Of a stretch of DNA of 64,000 nt, positions 60,983 to 64,000 are shown piece after piece (the stretch's first letter is position 1; the number at the start of each line of letters is the position of its first letter). This stretch comes from an uncultured Chloroflexia bacterium. GTDB taxonomy: Bacteria > Chloroflexota > Dehalococcoidia > SM23-28-2 > RBG-16-64-32. Location of the stretch: assembly GCA_963738925.1 (NCBI GenBank), contig CAVTYE010000001.1, positions 770,159 through 834,158 on the forward strand. The letters are read 5' to 3'. The notes under the pieces were generated by a model. That model was not told the origin of the DNA, searched no databases, and saw only the letters and a list, made by a program, of their open reading frames with translations. Both the position numbers and the translations under genes were made by a program.

Positions 60983-61375
60983 ATGCGCCTGCCCCAGGAC
61001 TTCGTCGACGAGATGGTGGCCCACGCCGTGGAGGACGCCCCCAACGAGTGCTGCGGCATCATCGCCGGCAAGGACGGCGCGGCGACCAAGCTCTACCGCG
61101 CGCGCAACTCGGAGGCCAGCCCCTACCGCTACAGCGTCGACCCCAAGGACCTGCTCCGCATCTTCCACGAGTGTGAGGACAACGACTGGTCGTTCCTGGC
61201 GATCTACCACTCCCACACCGCCAGCGAAGCCTACCCCTCCGGCACCGACGTCCGCCTGGCGTTCTGGCCGGAGGCCCGCTACGTCCTGGTCTCGCTGGCC
61301 CAGGAGAAGCCGGTTGTGCGCGCCTTCCGCATCGAAGAAGGCACCGTCACCGAAGAACCGATCGAGACGGCGTAG
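60983..61375 (+). CDS. mec: JAMM/MPN+ metalloprotease (Mec+-like CysO-cysteine peptidase)
   Basis: JAMM motif E...HSHTASEAYPSGTD plus the CCGII pattern. Confidence 0.8.
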   Translation: MRLPQDFVDEMVAHAVEDAPNECCGIIAGKDGAATKLYRARNSEASPYRYSVDPKDLLRIFHECEDNDWSFLAIYHSHTASEAYPSGTDVRLAFWPEARYVLVSLAQEKPVVRAFRIEEGTVTEEPIETA

Positions 61376-61503
61376 GCACCGGCCCGCCTCAGTAGGGCGA
61401 GGCAACCACCGGCGCCGATTGGCATGGCCGCGCAGAGATCCTAATGGTCGCCGAAAGGTGATGCGGCGTTCCTGGATGCCTCGCCCCTCAGCAGACGCCT
61501 TGC

Positions 61504-62049
61504 CTAGACCGCCGGGCCGCGGCCGAGGACGCCGCGTTGCTCTCGCCCAGCCACGCCGTCCCAGCCCGTCTCGGCGATTCGGCGGACTCCTGCGCTCCCG
61601 GCATTGGTCGCCAGTTCGGCGATCGTTTGGCCGAGGGTGGGATGGGTCACGCCGCCGGCGATCTCCGATAGCGGCACGAGCACGAAGGCGCGCTCGGCGA
61701 GGCGTGGGTGCGGCAGCGTCAGCGTCGGGCCCTCCAGCGTGACGTCGCCGTAGAGCAGGATGTCGATGTCGATCGGGCGGGGCCCCTGGTGGCCGGCGCC
61801 CGGCCGGCGCCCCACTTCCTCCTCGATGCCCTGCAAAAAGCGCAGCAGCGGCAGCGGGTCCAGCCCGGCCTCGATCTCGGCGGCGGCGTTGTAGAACGGC
61901 GGCTGCGCCGTATCGCCGACGGGGTCAGTCTCGTAGAGCGCGGAGACGACTGTCACGCGCACCATTCGCGTCATCGCGCTCAGGGCCATCCGCAGGTTGG
62001 CCTGGCGGTTGCCGAGGTTGGCTCCGAGGCCCAGGTAGACCGCCGTCAC
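61504..62049 (-). CDS. folK: 2-amino-4-hydroxy-6-hydroxymethyldihydropteridine pyrophosphokinase
   Basis: HPPK motifs GLGANLG, RPIDIDIL and HPR. Confidence 0.85.
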   Translation of the reverse strand: MTAVYLGLGANLGNRQANLRMALSAMTRMVRVTVVSALYETDPVGDTAQPPFYNAAAEIEAGLDPLPLLRFLQGIEEEVGRRPGAGHQGPRPIDIDILLYGDVTLEGPTLTLPHPRLAERAFVLVPLSEIAGGVTHPTLGQTIAELATNAGSAGVRRIAETGWDGVAGREQRGVLGRGPAV

Positions 62050-62462
62050 GGCCGCGGCCCGGTGTTAGGTATGGCGAAGGTCAGGCGCGCCTTCGCCAGC
62101 AGCTCGTTGTCGCCGCGGCGGTGTGTCTCCACCTCGCCGAACGCCACGCCCTCGCCGATGCGGGTGACCTTCCCCTCGAAGACGAGCTCGTCGCCGGGCG
62201 TGGCGTAGCCGAAGAAGCTGGTGCTCATGTCGATCGTCGCGTGCGGTCCCTCCTCCTGCCGCGCCGCATCTCCGCGCAGCCTGCCGAGCCCGATTCCGAC
62301 GACTGAGTCCATCACCGCAGTCAGCACGCCGGCGTGAACGCGGCCGGCGCTGTCGGCGTGGTGCGGGTAAGTCACCAGCGAGAGGCGAACGTAGCCTTCG
62401 CTGACCTGCTCGGCCACCGCGCCGATGAAGGCGGTGAACGGCGCGCGGACCGGTTCAGGCAC
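62046..62462 (-). CDS. PaaI/4HBT hotdog-fold thioesterase family protein
   Basis: Hotdog core with HAGV...DS..G. GTG start. Confidence 0.6.
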   Translation of the reverse strand: MPEPVRAPFTAFIGAVAEQVSEGYVRLSLVTYPHHADSAGRVHAGVLTAVMDSVVGIGLGRLRGDAARQEEGPHATIDMSTSFFGYATPGDELVFEGKVTRIGEGVAFGEVETHRRGDNELLAKARLTFAIPNTGPRP

Positions 62463-62883
62463 TGCGCGGCACCGGGATCGCAAACGTGAAGCGCCCCTTG
62501 GCGATAAGGTCGTTGCTGCCGCGCTTGCGCACCTCCGCTTCGCCGAAAGCGATCGAGCGGCCGACCCTGAGCGAGCTCCCTTCGACGATGATCTCATCGC
62601 CGGGGCGCGCCGCCGAAAGGAAGCTGACGTTCATCTCCACCGTTGCCGGCGGCGCGGCTCTCATCGCTTCCATGCCGCGAATGCCGGCCAGGACGGCCCC
62701 CGCCGTCTCATCCATCAGCGTCGTCAGGACTCCGCCGTGCATCACGCCGCCCGGGTTCAGGTGCTTCTCTTCGATCAGGAGCGCCATTCGTGCGTAGCCC
62801 TCCCGCTGCTCCTCCAGCCGCGCGCCGATCGCCTGCACGAACGCCGAAGGCAGGTCTGTCTGTGGTGTGGTCATCTGGTCCAT
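62455..62883 (-). CDS. PaaI/4HBT hotdog-fold thioesterase family protein (paralog)
   Basis: VMHGGVLTTLMDETAG signature. Confidence 0.7.
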   Translation of the reverse strand: MDQMTTPQTDLPSAFVQAIGARLEEQREGYARMALLIEEKHLNPGGVMHGGVLTTLMDETAGAVLAGIRGMEAMRAAPPATVEMNVSFLSAARPGDEIIVEGSSLRVGRSIAFGEAEVRKRGSNDLIAKGRFTFAIPVPRSA

Positions 62884-63723
62884 CCTCTCGCGACGGCGTC
62901 GGCCATCTTGGCCACGCGCGCCATCTGTTTCACGTCGTGCACGCGGATGATGTCCGCGCCGTTGGCGATGGCGATAGCCATCGTCGCGCCGGTGCCTTCG
63001 ATGCGGTCTTCCACCGGCAGGCCCAGCACGTTGCCGATCGTCGACTTGCGCGAGGTGCCGATCAGGACCGGCCGCCCGAGCACCCGCAGCTCACCCAGGC
63101 GGCGGAGCATCTCCAGCGCCTGGTCGTCCGTCCAGCCGAAGTTGAAGCCGGGGTCGACGATGATCTGCTCGTCCGGCAGCCCGTGCTCCCGCGCCACCGC
63201 CAGGCTCTCCAGGAGCCCTTCGACGACGTTGCCGATCGTGTCCTTGAACACGTGGCCGCGGTGGTAGTACATCGCGATCGCGGGCACACCGGCCCGGGCG
63301 GCTACGCTCGCGATCTCCGGCTCGCGCAGGAACCCGTGCACGTCGTTGACGAGCGCCGCGCCGGCTTCGATGGCTGCCTTGGCGACTCGCGGCCTTGTAG
63401 GTGTCGATGCTGACCGGGATGTCCAGCTCTCGCGCCAGCCGTTCAACCACCGGGACCGTACGACGCAGCTCTTCGTCCTCCTCCACCTCGGCGAAGCCGG
63501 GCCGCGTCGACTCGCCGCCGACGTCGATGATGTCGGCGCCGTCCTCCCGCATCTGGACGGCCTGTCGCAGCGCCGCCTCGACGTCGCCGCTGAGCCCGTC
63601 GCCGGAGAACGAGTCCGGCGTCACGTTGACGACGCCCATCACGTACGTCCGCGAGCCCCAGGCGAACTCCCGCCCGCCGATCCTGATCGGCGCCGGGGCG
63701 CGGGCCGCGATCTCGCTGGGCAT
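62871..63723 (-). pseudogene. folP: dihydropteroate synthase, +1 frameshift near 63395 in this sequence
   Basis: N-terminal GVVNVTPDSFSGDG and DIIDVGGESTRPG, and C-terminal LIGTSRKS...GADIIRVHDV, lie in two frames. Removing one g in tacaagGccg restores the reading frame. Confidence 0.8.
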
Positions 63724-63792
63724 ATCAGGCCTAATGATGGCAGATACTCCGCGTGATTGAAAACGCCGCCTCCGTGCACTATCGTTTGCGCC

Positions 63793-64000
63793 ATGAGCGA
63801 CTACCCGAACCCAGGCATCCTGGCCGAGACGGACTGGCTCGCCGAGCACATGGGCGACCCAAACCTGCGAATCGTGGACTGCGACGAGCTACCGGCCTAC
63901 CTGCGCGTCCACATCGACGGCGCGGTCGGCCTGCGCGTGCACCATTACCTGAAGAGCGAGGGCGATTCGGCATCCGGCCCCGGCATCGGCGTGAACCTGA
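63793..64000 (+). CDS. rhodanese-domain sulfurtransferase (N-terminal part; 3' end outside window)
   Basis: Open frame from ATG 63793: MSDYPNPGILAETDWLAEHMGDPNLRIVDCDELPAYLRVHIDGAV, a typical thiosulfate/3-mercaptopyruvate sulfurtransferase N-terminus. Confidence 0.5.
   Translation, partial: MSDYPNPGILAETDWLAEHMGDPNLRIVDCDELPAYLRVHIDGAVGLRVHHYLKSEGDSASGPGIGVNL

Overview
High-GC (~68%) bacterial chromosomal window, probably from a Gram-positive-type lineage. Actinobacteria-like signatures: CysO/CysM/Mec+/MoeZ, MetM/MetO, an Eis-like GNAT, an MshA-like GT4 with a PIG-L deacetylase, MurT/GatD, and a system II cytochrome c biogenesis set. A Thermomicrobia-type Chloroflexi origin cannot be excluded from sequence alone. 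Coding density is high and there are no tRNA or rRNA genes, CRISPR arrays, transposases or prophage remnants. Content in order: hom, a coiled-coil gene, thrC, folE, an MshA-like GT4 with a PIG-L deacetylase, ccsA, aldo/keto reductase, NUDIX, bcp, a MoaD-MoaE fusion, an S1P-lyase-like PLP decarboxylase, comF, hpf, a PfkB kinase, dapA, MFS, P450, ychF, xdhC, crcB with a DUF190 gene, aqpZ, a large PAS-GGDEF-EAL protein, Zn-ADH, YceI, a secreted cohesin-like protein with a (T/P)ASP tandem repeat and RTX repeats, csoR-copA, a PEP-mutase family gene, an Eis-like GNAT, murT-gatD, a CopZ-like HMA protein, LysM-M23, resA-resB, lgt, folK and folP. The most interesting region is 49.3-61.4 kb, a sulfur-assimilation supercluster. 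It starts with a SAM-I riboswitch and terminator, followed by a ThrC-like MetM with an N-terminal zinc ribbon, a stand-alone NIL-domain protein, a CysO/MoaD-type sulfur carrier (MetO-like) and an AhpD-like protein. It continues with ferredoxin-type sulfite reductase, Fe-S APS reductase and ATP sulfurylase, then an Rrf2 regulator, cysK, a CysO-like::MoeB fusion, cysO, cysM, a small membrane protein and a JAMM (Mec+) protease. Two G/C-tract palindromes share the 11-mer CCCCACCGGGG, one upstream of csoR and one upstream of rrf2-cysK. The sequence also carries many single-base frameshifts, mostly +1 insertions not in homopolymers. There is one each in dapA, ychF, xdhC, copA and folP, and at least 11 concentrated in cysK, moeZ, cysO and cysM. 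This looks more like unpolished long-read error than genuine decay, but it needs checking.
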